This document shows, one piece after another, positions 38,017 to 47,250 of a stretch of 59,391 nucleotides of DNA. The DNA is taken from contig JBKPBY010000150.1 of assembly GCA_046727075.1 (NCBI GenBank), positions 1 through 59,391 on the forward strand. Reading direction: 5' to 3'. The notes below the pieces were generated by a model. The model was not told the DNA's origin and did no database searches. It saw only the letters and a program-made list of their open reading frames with translations. The DNA comes from a bacterium (GTDB lineage Bacteria > Verrucomicrobiota > Verrucomicrobiia > Chthoniobacterales > JAFAMB01). Position 1 is the first letter of the stretch; every line of letters begins with the position of its first letter. Made by a program: the position numbers and the translations under genes.

Positions 38017-38406
38017 TTATTCGACGATGTCGAACCCAACGAACCGTAATGCTTTAACGGCTTCCCCCAGTTGAGCATCTCGCACCAGCACGTAATCGGT
38101 ATCATGGGTAGCGATCGGCAGAATACCAACTCCCGATTGTGCCAACGGCGCTGCGACCGACACAAGGATGCCAACCAGATCCAAATCGAGCGGTCCCTCT
38201 ATTTTGAATGCACGCCACCCTCGGCTTGCGGGAATCGTTTCCGGAATGAATCGCTCTTCGCAAATAATCGAGAGTTCATCGCGCGTGCGGCTGATAGAAA
38301 GAAACGCGTCGCCCTTCGCCCACTCGGGGACGGCGTCCGCTGCGTCTAGCCTGCATACGGCAAGTCGTTCCGGTAGAACTACTAACTTCAGTTGCGGAGG
38401 ATTCAT
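38017..38406 (-). CDS. ACT-domain-containing small protein
   Basis: 129 aa. Resembles two-part ACT-like small-molecule-binding proteins (LAVCRL...DELSIIC, then GILVSVAAPLAQSGVGILPIATHDTDYVLV). Confidence 0.55.
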   Translation of the reverse strand: MNPPQLKLVVLPERLAVCRLDAADAVPEWAKGDAFLSISRTRDELSIICEERFIPETIPASRGWRAFKIEGPLDLDLVGILVSVAAPLAQSGVGILPIATHDTDYVLVRDAQLGEAVKALRFVGFDIVE

Positions 38407-38654
38407 GGGGCCGCCACCATCGCACCAAAAGCGGACTCTATCCAGCGGTTTTCAATCCCTGAGCGCCTCGCACAATCAAAGTTCAACTGCCGTGCTATGG
38501 CCAGGAGCGTGCGGATTGATCTGTCCAGGATGAAGAATCTCGAATTTCGAATTCTGAAGCGGGCTCCTATTCGAGAGTCGGGCTTGGAGATTCGAACTTC
38601 CGAATGCCAAATTCCGGGCTGTCGCGGTTAAGTGCACGATTCCGGTCTCAGAAT

Positions 38655-38681
38655 CATTCGTTTGACTTATTCAAATGAATG
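38655..38681. promoter_or_regulatory. Candidate TetR operator: CATTCGTTTGA-CTTAT-TCAAATGAATG
   Basis: 11-bp inverted repeat (10 of 11 complementary) with a 5-bp spacer, ending 15 nt upstream of the tetR ATG. Confidence 0.5.
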
Positions 38682-38696
38682 AATTAGGCTTGCGTC

Positions 38697-39398
38697 ATGA
38701 GCCGGACTCGCTCAAAAAAAATTGCCGGCGATCCCAAGCAGCGCCTGATCGAGGCCGGTCTCGAGATCTTTGGGATGTATAATCTGGAAGGAGCAACCAC
38801 CCGCCAGTTGGCTTCCAGAGCAAGAGTCAATCAGGCCGCTATCCCATATTATTTCGGCGGCAAAGAAGGACTCTATCTAGCGGTTGTTCAATACATGGTC
38901 GATCTGCGAACCAGAGAGCTCCGGCCTGCTATTCTGCAGATGCGCGACTTGTTGCAGAAACAGAATTTACCCCCGGCGGAAGCCTTTGACCGGCTCAAAG
39001 CCATCTTTGGACAGTTTGTCGAGAAAATGTTGAGCGGTGGCATCGACACCGCTTGGGCAAGGATCATCATCCGGGAGCAGATGCAGCCGACCAAAGCGTT
39101 CGACCTCCTTTACGAGCACTGGATGCGATTCGTGCACGAAACTATCAGCGGGCTTTTAGCGGTGATCCTCCGGAAAAAAGCAACGGACCAGCAGGTGATT
39201 CTCCGGGCACACACGGTCCTGGGCCAAATGTTAATCTTCATAGCCGGACGGCAGACAATTCTTCGGAGAGTCAGTTGGGAGAGCTATGACGAACAGAGTG
39301 TCAAGGCAGTCCGGCAGGCGGTATTCGATCAATTGGATCTCATGTTCAAACCGCTGCTACAGACAGCCGCGAAAGGATCAAGGTGCGAAAGCGGCTGA
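38697..39398 (+). CDS. TetR/AcrR family transcriptional regulator (CecR/YbiH-like by synteny)
   Basis: 233 aa. N-terminal HTH TTRQLASRARVNQAAIPYYFGGKEGLY. First gene of the efflux operon. Confidence 0.85.
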   Translation: MSRTRSKKIAGDPKQRLIEAGLEIFGMYNLEGATTRQLASRARVNQAAIPYYFGGKEGLYLAVVQYMVDLRTRELRPAILQMRDLLQKQNLPPAEAFDRLKAIFGQFVEKMLSGGIDTAWARIIIREQMQPTKAFDLLYEHWMRFVHETISGLLAVILRKKATDQQVILRAHTVLGQMLIFIAGRQTILRRVSWESYDEQSVKAVRQAVFDQLDLMFKPLLQTAAKGSRCESG

Positions 39399-40399
39399 TA
39401 GTTATCTTCGCGGTTGCCCTGCTGTTGGGTGGAGGCGGGTGGTATATCTACCAGACTTTCTTTGCTCATAGAGCGCAGAATCTGGAGCTCCAGGGAAATG
39501 TCGATATCCGGCAGGTGAATCTAGGGTTGCGGGTCAGTGGGCGGATTCAAGAGATGCGGTTTGAAGAAGGAGATGAAGTTCATACCGGCGATGTGATCGC
39601 GTCCTTGGATCCGGGTCCAAACCAGGATCAGGTCAATCTCGCTAAGGCGCAGCTGGCTTCCGCCGAAGCGAATCTCTCCAAGCTGCAAAACGGAAATCGC
39701 CCGGAGGAGATCGAGCAATCGCGAGCCCAATTGGAACTGAGCAAAGCTAACCTGACCAACGCAGAGCTCGTATTCAAGCGTCAGAGCGATCTGGCTAAAA
39801 CGAGCGTCATTTCGAAGCAAGACTACGATAACGCCGTTGCCACGCGTGATATCAATCGAGCGCAAGTTGCCTCGGCGGAAGCCAGCTACGGACTGATGCG
39901 GGCAGGATTCCGGGTAGAAGATATTGCGGCTGGCCGCGCCCAAGTTGATAACGCTCGCGCCAATCTGGAAAATGCGGAGCGAAATCTTTCTGATTGTAAC
40001 CTGCTTGCACCGTCCGATGGCACGATCGTTACACGGGCGCTTGAACCAGGAGCCATCGTTGCCGCGGGTACAACTGTCTACTCTCTCTGCCTTTTCTCGC
40101 CGGTCTGGATTCGCGCATATATCGATGAAAAGAACCTTGGTCGCATCTATCCGGGGATGCGGGCACGTGTCTACACCGACACCAATCCGGGAAAACCGTA
40201 TGATGGTCAGATCGGATTCATCTCGCCGATTGCTGAATTCACGCCAAAGACTGTGGAAACGCGCGAACTACGGACGGACCTGGTATTCCGTCTTCGCATA
40301 ATCGTTCAAAATCCTGACCGTTATTTGCGTCAGGGGATGCCGGTCACGGTAAAACTGATCGAGCGTGAAGGCCATGCTCCGACGAGTCAAAAGCCATAA
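39383..40399 (+). CDS. HlyD-family membrane fusion / periplasmic adaptor protein (YbhG-like)
   Basis: 338 aa. N-terminal TM, barrel-sandwich and long coiled-coil segments (AQLASAEANL...AQLELSKANL). GTG start overlaps the tetR end. Confidence 0.85.
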   Translation: MRKRLIVIFAVALLLGGGGWYIYQTFFAHRAQNLELQGNVDIRQVNLGLRVSGRIQEMRFEEGDEVHTGDVIASLDPGPNQDQVNLAKAQLASAEANLSKLQNGNRPEEIEQSRAQLELSKANLTNAELVFKRQSDLAKTSVISKQDYDNAVATRDINRAQVASAEASYGLMRAGFRVEDIAAGRAQVDNARANLENAERNLSDCNLLAPSDGTIVTRALEPGAIVAAGTTVYSLCLFSPVWIRAYIDEKNLGRIYPGMRARVYTDTNPGKPYDGQIGFISPIAEFTPKTVETRELRTDLVFRLRIIVQNPDRYLRQGMPVTVKLIEREGHAPTSQKP

Positions 40400-40530
40400 T
40401 GAGGGTGGTGAGTTTTGCGTGCCAACATCGGGCTGGAAGCTAACCCACAGCAGCTTGCCACCTAAACACCGCTCAAACCGAAACACAGTTGCTTCCAGGT
40501 CGACGGAACGTTCGAGCGACAACCAAAGGT

Positions 40531-42363
40531 ATGTCAGTGCCAACAAACACGAACGGCAGCAGACCCAACCATGACTCATTAGTGCAGGTCCGCGATCTGA
40601 CCATGCGGTTCGATGCCGGAGGTCGGCCAGCGCTAGACAAGATTTCGGTCGAGATTCGTGCCGGGTCGGTGACGGGATTGGTCGGGCCGGATGGTGCTGG
40701 AAAAACCACTTTGATCCGGATCCTGGCTGGATTGCTGGATTGGACAGAGGGTGACGTGCGAGTGCTCGGTTATGATCCAAGAAAGGATCCGGAGCAGATA
40801 CATTTGCGCACCGGTTATATGCCTCAGCGGTTCGGTCTGTATGAAGACCTGAGCGTTGAGCAAAACCTGGGCCTTTATGCGGATCTCAGAGGCGTTTCCG
40901 GAGACGAGCGAACGGAACGTTTTAAACAGCTTTTGGAGTTCACGGCTCTCAAGCCGTTTACCAAGCGTCAGGCAGGCCGCCTTTCAGGCGGAATGAAACA
41001 GAAGCTCGGCTTAGCCTGTGCGCTGATCAGCAAACCGACACTCCTTTTGCTCGACGAACCGAGCGTCGGTGTGGACCCGATTTCCCGGCGAGAGCTTTGG
41101 AGAATGGTTCAAGAGCTTGTGCACGAGAACATCGGAGTCGTCTGGAGCACAGCTTATTTAGACGAAGCAGAACTTTGTCAATCGGTTGTTCTATTGAACG
41201 AAGGTCAGAAGCTTTTCGATGGACCGCCTGCCGATCTTACACGGCGTGTTCAGTCGAGGACATTTGCTATCGAGCTTCATGGGGGCCAGCGAGCGGTGTT
41301 ATCGAAAGCGTTGAAACTGCCGCAGGTGATCGATGGTGTCGTGCAAGGGCGCAGCGTACGCCTGGTTTTCCGCTCCGAATCAGACCGGCTGATTCCCTCA
41401 GAGATCGAAGCGGAGCCGGGCGCGCGACTGAAGGCAGTGCCGCCCCGATTCGAGGACGCCTTTGTCGACATCCTGGGAGGCGTTACCGAGAAAGAATCGC
41501 GCCTGGCGGAACGTATGCGTGTCGGTAATGGAGCCAATGGGGAAGCTGTTATCGAGGCCGAAGGGCTGACCAAACGCTTCGGCACGTTTGTCGCGACCGA
41601 TGACATTTCCTTTTCGGTGAAGCCTGGAGAAATCTTCGGTCTGCTCGGACCAAATGGTGCGGGAAAATCAACCACCTTCAAAATGTTGTGTGGTCTTCTT
41701 GTTCCTAGTGCCGGGCACGCCAGCGTTGCGGGGTTTGATCTGCAAAAGGTTGGAAGCCAGGCGAGGAACCGGCTCGGTTACATGGCTCAGAAATTCTCGC
41801 TTTACGGCGATCTGAGTGTTCAACACAATCTGGAGTTCTTTTCCGGCATTTATGGCCTGGACCGCGCGCGCAGCCTCCAGGCGGTTCGGGACATGGTGGA
41901 AATATTTGCTCTCGGACCCTACGTAAACACGACGTCGCGCGAGCTGCCACTTGGATTCAAGCAACGGCTCGCGATGGCTTGCGCACTGATGCACGAGCCG
42001 GAAGTGCTGTTTCTCGATGAACCAACCTCCGGGGTTGATCCGATCACTCGGCGAGCGTTCTGGGGCCACATCAATAGCATGGTCGAGAAAGGGGTTACGG
42101 TGCTTGTCACCACTCATTTCATGGATGAAGCGGAGTATTGTGACAGGATCGCGCTTATTTATCGCGGCCGAATCATCGCATTGGGGCATCCGGATGAACT
42201 GAAGAAAGGCGCTAGAACTCCAGTCCTCCAAGATCCGAGTATGGAGGATGCCTTTGTTGCTTTGATACGCCGATTTGACGAGAACAATCCTACCTTGTCA
42301 GATGCGGTTTCCTCGGCCGACCGGTTGGGAGGGATGTTGCGGAAACAGAAGAGGTTCCAATGA
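40531..42363 (+). CDS. ABC transporter ATP-binding protein with two fused ATPase domains (YbhF-like)
   Basis: Walker A GPDGAGKTT and GPNGAGKST, signatures LSGGMKQK and LPLGFKQR, Walker B LLLDEP and LFLDEP. Confidence 0.88.
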   Translation: MSVPTNTNGSRPNHDSLVQVRDLTMRFDAGGRPALDKISVEIRAGSVTGLVGPDGAGKTTLIRILAGLLDWTEGDVRVLGYDPRKDPEQIHLRTGYMPQRFGLYEDLSVEQNLGLYADLRGVSGDERTERFKQLLEFTALKPFTKRQAGRLSGGMKQKLGLACALISKPTLLLLDEPSVGVDPISRRELWRMVQELVHENIGVVWSTAYLDEAELCQSVVLLNEGQKLFDGPPADLTRRVQSRTFAIELHGGQRAVLSKALKLPQVIDGVVQGRSVRLVFRSESDRLIPSEIEAEPGARLKAVPPRFEDAFVDILGGVTEKESRLAERMRVGNGANGEAVIEAEGLTKRFGTFVATDDISFSVKPGEIFGLLGPNGAGKSTTFKMLCGLLVPSAGHASVAGFDLQKVGSQARNRLGYMAQKFSLYGDLSVQHNLEFFSGIYGLDRARSLQAVRDMVEIFALGPYVNTTSRELPLGFKQRLAMACALMHEPEVLFLDEPTSGVDPITRRAFWGHINSMVEKGVTVLVTTHFMDEAEYCDRIALIYRGRIIALGHPDELKKGARTPVLQDPSMEDAFVALIRRFDENNPTLSDAVSSADRLGGMLRKQKRFQ

Positions 42364-43493
42364 ATGCCTATATGGCCAGCCTGGTGCGATTGCGGTCGCT
42401 GGTCTGGAAGGAAGCAATCCAGATCGCGAACGATCCTAGCAGCATCTTGATTGCGTTTGTTTTGCCTGTTCTATTGCTTTTTCTCTTTGGCTTCGCGGTT
42501 TCGCTCGACAACACCAAAGTACGCATCGGCGTAGTGCTGACCGAAAGGACCCCGGAAAGCGAAAGTCTTTTGCGAACGTTCCAAGGGTCCAAATATTTCG
42601 ACGTTCAGGTGGATACCGATCGCCGCGCGATGGAAAAAGAGCTGGTGGCGGGCCGGGTTCGTGCCGTCATCGTAGTCGCGCCTGATTTTTCTCGAAACCT
42701 GGTCAGAAATGGAGGTGCGCCAGGGATCCAGGTGATCGCAGATGGGAGCGAGCCGAATACCGCGAATTTTGTGCAAAGTTATGCGCGAGCGGCAATTGGT
42801 ATCTGGAGCCGGCAACGCGGCTTTGAGACGGCGTTCGATGCTCCAGGCTCAATCGATGTGGAAGGACGTGTCTGGTTCAATTCGTCGCTCGAGAGCAAGA
42901 ACTATTTGGTTCCGGGCTCAATTGCGATTGTCCTGACGATGATTGGCACTCTTCTCACTGCGCTGGTGGTAGCCCGCGAGTGGGAGCGCGGGACGATGGA
43001 GGCTCTGATGGCTACGCCTGTGCGTATTCAGGAGCTGGTGCTTGGAAAACTCATCCCGTATTTCTGTCTCGGTTTTGGTTCAATGGTGTTCTGTACGCTG
43101 GTTGCGGTACTTATCTTTCGAGTGCCGTTGCGTGGCTCCTTGCTGACATTATCTCTGGTCGCCTCTGCCTTCTTGGTTGGAGCGCTGGGTATCGGTCTTC
43201 TCGTCTCCACACTTACACGAAGCCAGTTTGTAGCCGGACAGATAGCAGTGCTTCTCGGATTTTTGCCGGCGTTTCAACTCTCAGGATTTCTTTTCGAGAT
43301 TTCCAGCATGCCTCTTCCGATTCAATGGCTGACGTATCTGTTTCCCGCCCGCTACTTTGTTCAGGCGTTGCAGACAACCTTTTTGGCGGGAGACGTACCG
43401 CGTCTGCTGTGGATAAACGTACTCATCATGATCGGATTCGCCGTTCTGTTTTTTGTTCTGAACGCCCGAGTCACAAAAAAAAGATTGAATTAG
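42360..43493 (+). CDS. ABC-2 type transporter permease (YbhS/YbhR-like)
   Basis: 377 aa. N-terminal TM, large periplasmic loop, then 5 C-terminal TM helices. ATGA overlap with the ATPase gene. Confidence 0.85.
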   Translation: MNAYMASLVRLRSLVWKEAIQIANDPSSILIAFVLPVLLLFLFGFAVSLDNTKVRIGVVLTERTPESESLLRTFQGSKYFDVQVDTDRRAMEKELVAGRVRAVIVVAPDFSRNLVRNGGAPGIQVIADGSEPNTANFVQSYARAAIGIWSRQRGFETAFDAPGSIDVEGRVWFNSSLESKNYLVPGSIAIVLTMIGTLLTALVVAREWERGTMEALMATPVRIQELVLGKLIPYFCLGFGSMVFCTLVAVLIFRVPLRGSLLTLSLVASAFLVGALGIGLLVSTLTRSQFVAGQIAVLLGFLPAFQLSGFLFEISSMPLPIQWLTYLFPARYFVQALQTTFLAGDVPRLLWINVLIMIGFAVLFFVLNARVTKKRLN

Positions 43494-44609
43494 ATGAACT
43501 GGATCCGAATTCGAGCGCTCGTGGTGAAAGAGACGCTGGCGGTTTTACGTGATCCGCGAAATCGGATCGCTTTGATCATGCCGCCGCTGCTGCAGCTCTT
43601 GCTTTTTGCGTTTGTCGTCACTCTTGAGGTAAAAAATATCCGGCTGGCGGTTTTGAATGACGACTATGGTCAGAGTTCGACCGAGCTTGTGCAACGGTTG
43701 ATCGGCTCAAAGAATTTCGAGACGATTCGTTTCGTTAATTCTCCAGCGGCGTTACAGCAAGCGATCGATCAGCAGCAGGTTATTGCTGGTCTGCATATTC
43801 CAGCCGATTTTTCCAGGCGAGTCTCCTCTGGTAACTCACCGGTTGTTCAGGTCGTGCTGGATGGACGCAAATCGAATTCTGCGCAGATTGTTCAAGCGTA
43901 CATTGGTTCGGTTGTAGAACAGCTCAGCCTCGATCAAATGCCTTCGCCCACGGGTATGGCAAGGAACCCGGTCCAAATCGCAACGACCAACTGGTTTAAC
44001 CCGAATCTGGATTATTTGTGGTTTACGGTACCGAGTCTGATCGTTCTGATCACGTTACAGATGTCGACCAACGTAACGTCTATGACGATCGCCCGGGAGC
44101 GGGAAATGGGTACCTTCGATCAGCTGCTGGTATCACCTCTTCGACCAACGGAGATCATGATTGGAAAGACGCTTCCGGCATTCTTAATTGCTCTGGTTCA
44201 GGCGACTTTATACATCGTTGTTGCGATCGTCATTTTCCGGATCCCATTCCGCGGCTCGTTGCCATTATTGTACGGCAGCCTGATCGTATTTATCACGTCG
44301 GTGGTCGGCATCGGGCTTTCGATCTCGGCGATTGCAGCCACACAACAACAAGCGTTGCTAGGCGTATTCACGTTCTTGATGCCTGCTCTTCTCATGTCGG
44401 GGTACGCAAGCCCGATTGAAAACATGCCTGCCTGGCTTCAGCCTTTCACCTACATCAATCCCCTTCGATACATGATGATAATCGTGAAGGGAGTTTTCCT
44501 GAAGGATATGCCGGCAGTCGAGGTCTGGGCCAACACCTGGCCAATGGCCTTGATTGCAATTGGCACGTTGGCAATCGCCACCTGGCTTTTTCGACGCCGA
44601 GTCGCTTGA
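43494..44609 (+). CDS. ABC-2 type transporter permease (YbhS/YbhR-like paralogue)
   Basis: 371 aa. Same architecture as the preceding permease. The start abuts the previous stop. Confidence 0.85.
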   Translation: MNWIRIRALVVKETLAVLRDPRNRIALIMPPLLQLLLFAFVVTLEVKNIRLAVLNDDYGQSSTELVQRLIGSKNFETIRFVNSPAALQQAIDQQQVIAGLHIPADFSRRVSSGNSPVVQVVLDGRKSNSAQIVQAYIGSVVEQLSLDQMPSPTGMARNPVQIATTNWFNPNLDYLWFTVPSLIVLITLQMSTNVTSMTIAREREMGTFDQLLVSPLRPTEIMIGKTLPAFLIALVQATLYIVVAIVIFRIPFRGSLPLLYGSLIVFITSVVGIGLSISAIAATQQQALLGVFTFLMPALLMSGYASPIENMPAWLQPFTYINPLRYMMIIVKGVFLKDMPAVEVWANTWPMALIAIGTLAIATWLFRRRVA

Positions 44610-44851
44610 AAAACGGCCGCTGCGCTTCGCCCAGGCCAGAAGCTCGAGTCGGCGTTCGAGCATAAGAATCATCCCAGCCGAGAACTGATGTGGAGGAGTC
44701 ACAAATGCCAAGCGAGCGTCATCAGGAAGTTTCTTCGTGATCGAACCCGCTTGATCGACAGACAGTGGGAAACCGGTGTCTTAGTCGTCTGGTCCGGTCG
44801 ACGGCAATGCCCTTTCAAAATGTGCAGAATCCGTGTAATCTGCGGTTCTTC

Positions 44852-46309
44852 ATGGCTCGACCTTCGAAACGCACAAAGATCGTAGCAACGATCGGACCGG
44901 CGAGCGAAAGCGATGAAATGCTGCGTCGGCTGATCGACTCCGGCATGGACGTCGCCCGCCTTAATTTTTCTCATCGTCCGGCTGAGCATGCAAAACCCTT
45001 GGTGGGACGCATTCGCAAAATTGCAGACGAGCTTGGCGTGTTTGTCGGCGTTCTTGGCGACCTGCGGGGGCCGCGAATTCGTGTCGGCGAAATGGAAAAC
45101 GGCGCCATCCAGCTGGATCGGAGAAACAAGGTTATCCTGAGCTCTGAGAAGATCGTGGGGACACCGCAAAAGATCGGTGTCAGCTTCAAGGGCCTCTGTC
45201 ACGATGTGGAAACAGGGACGACGATTCTCCTCGATGACGGAAATATCGAGCTGATGGTCCTGGAAAAGAGATCGAATGGGGATGTAGTGTGTGAAATCAC
45301 GCGAGGGGGTGAACTCAAGAGCAATAAGGGGGTCAATCTAAAGAACCGGCTGGTCTCGCTTCCCTCACTCACCACCAAAGACTACCAGGATCTCGATTTC
45401 GCCGTCAGCGAAGAGTTGGATTTCCTGGCGCTCTCGTTCGTGCAGTCAGCTGCTGATGTGCGCTTCCTCAAACAGGCGCTGGCTGAGCGCGGGGCGTCAA
45501 TTCCGGTGATCGCGAAAATCGAGCGGAAGAATGCGCTCGAAGATATCGAGAATATCGTAAAAGAGTGTTACGGGGTAATGGTTGCGCGCGGTGATCTGGC
45601 CCTGGAAATGAGTTTTGAGGATGTGCCGATCGCTCAGAAGCGAATCATATCAGTATGTCGAGATGGAGCAGTTCCCGTGATCACCGCGACACAGATGCTC
45701 GAGTCGATGATCAATTTCCATAAGCCAACTCGGGCTGAAGCAGCCGACATCGCAAACGCGATTGTTGACGGTACCGATGCGGTCATGCTTTCGGCTGAAT
45801 CGGCGGCGGGCAAGTTCCCGGTGGAAGCGGTAACTACTATGGCAACGATTGCGGCCAGAGCTGAATCTGCCTGGTTACATGGCGAGTTGCCGGCATGTCC
45901 CGACGTTCCGGATCGGCACGGTCTGGAAGCGGCAGTTTGTAATGCCGTTTACGTAATCGCGAATTCCATATCGGCAAAAGCGATCATCGCTGCAACTTCT
46001 TCCGGAGGTACGGCGCGTAAGGTTGGCTGTCATCGCCCCAAAATGCCAATCCTCGCGCTTTGCACATCGAAAGAAGTTTGCCAAAGGATGGCATTAAGCT
46101 GGGGAGTAGAACCGATCCTGGTAGAAACGATCAAAGGAACAGCTCATTTAGTTCGACTGAGTGCCGAGGCAGCGACCAAGTATTTAAACGCCGTTCCGGA
46201 TGACACGTTAATTATTGTCGCCGGGACCCCGTTCAATATGCCGGGTAAAACGAACCTGATTAAGGCCGAGAAAATTTCCGATGCGTTGCGGGTCGATCGG
46301 GAAGAGTGA
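44852..46309 (+). CDS. pyk: Pyruvate kinase
   Basis: TKIVATIGPAS, NFSH, MVARGDLA, MLSAESA. Start ATG 44852. Confidence 0.92.
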   Translation: MARPSKRTKIVATIGPASESDEMLRRLIDSGMDVARLNFSHRPAEHAKPLVGRIRKIADELGVFVGVLGDLRGPRIRVGEMENGAIQLDRRNKVILSSEKIVGTPQKIGVSFKGLCHDVETGTTILLDDGNIELMVLEKRSNGDVVCEITRGGELKSNKGVNLKNRLVSLPSLTTKDYQDLDFAVSEELDFLALSFVQSAADVRFLKQALAERGASIPVIAKIERKNALEDIENIVKECYGVMVARGDLALEMSFEDVPIAQKRIISVCRDGAVPVITATQMLESMINFHKPTRAEAADIANAIVDGTDAVMLSAESAAGKFPVEAVTTMATIAARAESAWLHGELPACPDVPDRHGLEAAVCNAVYVIANSISAKAIIAATSSGGTARKVGCHRPKMPILALCTSKEVCQRMALSWGVEPILVETIKGTAHLVRLSAEAATKYLNAVPDDTLIIVAGTPFNMPGKTNLIKAEKISDALRVDREE

Positions 46310-46312
46310 ATT

Positions 46313-46378
46313 GCTGTAGAGCGGGCAGAGCTTGTCGCGCCGTAGCCTCGGCGAAGGCTGACCCTGCCGCCCTACAGC
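46313..46378. terminator. Long imperfect hairpin GCTGTAGAGCGGGCAG ... CTGCCGCCCTACAGC with an inner GCCT-CGGCGA-AGGC hairpin
   Basis: 14 pairs with one mismatch and one bulge. Lies between the convergent pyk and traB-like genes. The right arm overlaps the last codons of the minus-strand gene. Confidence 0.45.
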
Positions 46379-47250
46379 TGTTCGACTGCGTAGCCGGCTC
46401 GTTTCAGTTGTGCAACGAGTCCCTCGTTGCCGATCAGGTGACCAGCTCCGACGACAATGAGATAGTTGTGGCGTTCTTGCGCGAAATGCTCGATTTGGGG
46501 CAGCCATCTGGAATTGCGCCGAACAAGCAAGGTCTGATGTTCCCACGGGTTCATCTTTAACCCCTGGTTAATGAAACGATCCAGTTGGGCAATGTCCCCG
46601 TTCCGCCAGGCTTCGACCATCGAGCTGACCAAGGCAGGATAATATGGCAGCGCACGAATGGTTCGGACGAGGTACTGTTCATCCTGGGAAGGGGTAAGTC
46701 CTTGAAATAAATTGGTCTGGTCGCGCAAGGTCTCGAGTCCCATAACAGGCTTCCTGGCAAGCACCGCTCTGTGATAGAAGTAGACATCGACGCCGTAGTC
46801 AGGGCTATAGCCGGCCTGAGCCAATATTCTTGTTTCCAGCATTTGGGCGAGAAATGACGGCCGCAAACGGTTCACCTGTTTCAAAGTGAGTCCGAAACTA
46901 GGTAACACTTCCCGCAGGAGGAGCAGGGTTTGCGGGCTTACATTTTTTGAGAGCGATTGGCCTGGAGGATAGAATCCGGCCCGGCTAGCTTCGGCGCGAA
47001 GCGAGCTTTTCGTGACGCTGCCTATGTTAATTTCAAAAACCAGCCTTTCCGAATTAGAAAACGCGCGTTCCAGCGCCGGTCGCAACGGATATGCGTTCCT
47101 TGGAAGGACGTGAACCGAGCCGAGCAGATAGAGCGTGCTATGCCCAGTCCTTACCCGCCACAGAACATCTTTACCCGCCTGCTCACGGAACGTCGCGCAT
47201 GCTGTCAGCGCAAGAGCAGCCGGCAGCAAGAGCCAACGAAAGCGGCTCAT
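46372..47250 (-). CDS. TraB/GumN family protein (secreted)
   Basis: 292 aa. Signal or lipobox-like LALTACA. LWRVRTGHSTLYLLGSVHVL and VVGAGHLIG are typical of the TraB/GumN family. Confidence 0.72.
   Translation of the reverse strand: MSRFRWLLLPAALALTACATFREQAGKDVLWRVRTGHSTLYLLGSVHVLPRNAYPLRPALERAFSNSERLVFEINIGSVTKSSLRAEASRAGFYPPGQSLSKNVSPQTLLLLREVLPSFGLTLKQVNRLRPSFLAQMLETRILAQAGYSPDYGVDVYFYHRAVLARKPVMGLETLRDQTNLFQGLTPSQDEQYLVRTIRALPYYPALVSSMVEAWRNGDIAQLDRFINQGLKMNPWEHQTLLVRRNSRWLPQIEHFAQERHNYLIVVGAGHLIGNEGLVAQLKRAGYAVEQL

Noticed and set aside
44837-44848. The 12-mer AATCTGCGGTTC just upstream of pyk. It is also found at 55384-55395, and in inverted form at 55268-55279, where it makes a 12-bp inverted repeat spanning 104 nt upstream of rsmB.
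   Set aside because: Over both strands of 59 kb there are about 3.5e9 pair comparisons against about 1.7e7 possible 12-mers, so many chance recurrences are expected. The flanks do not extend the similarity convincingly. It would be worth rechecking only with whole-genome counts.
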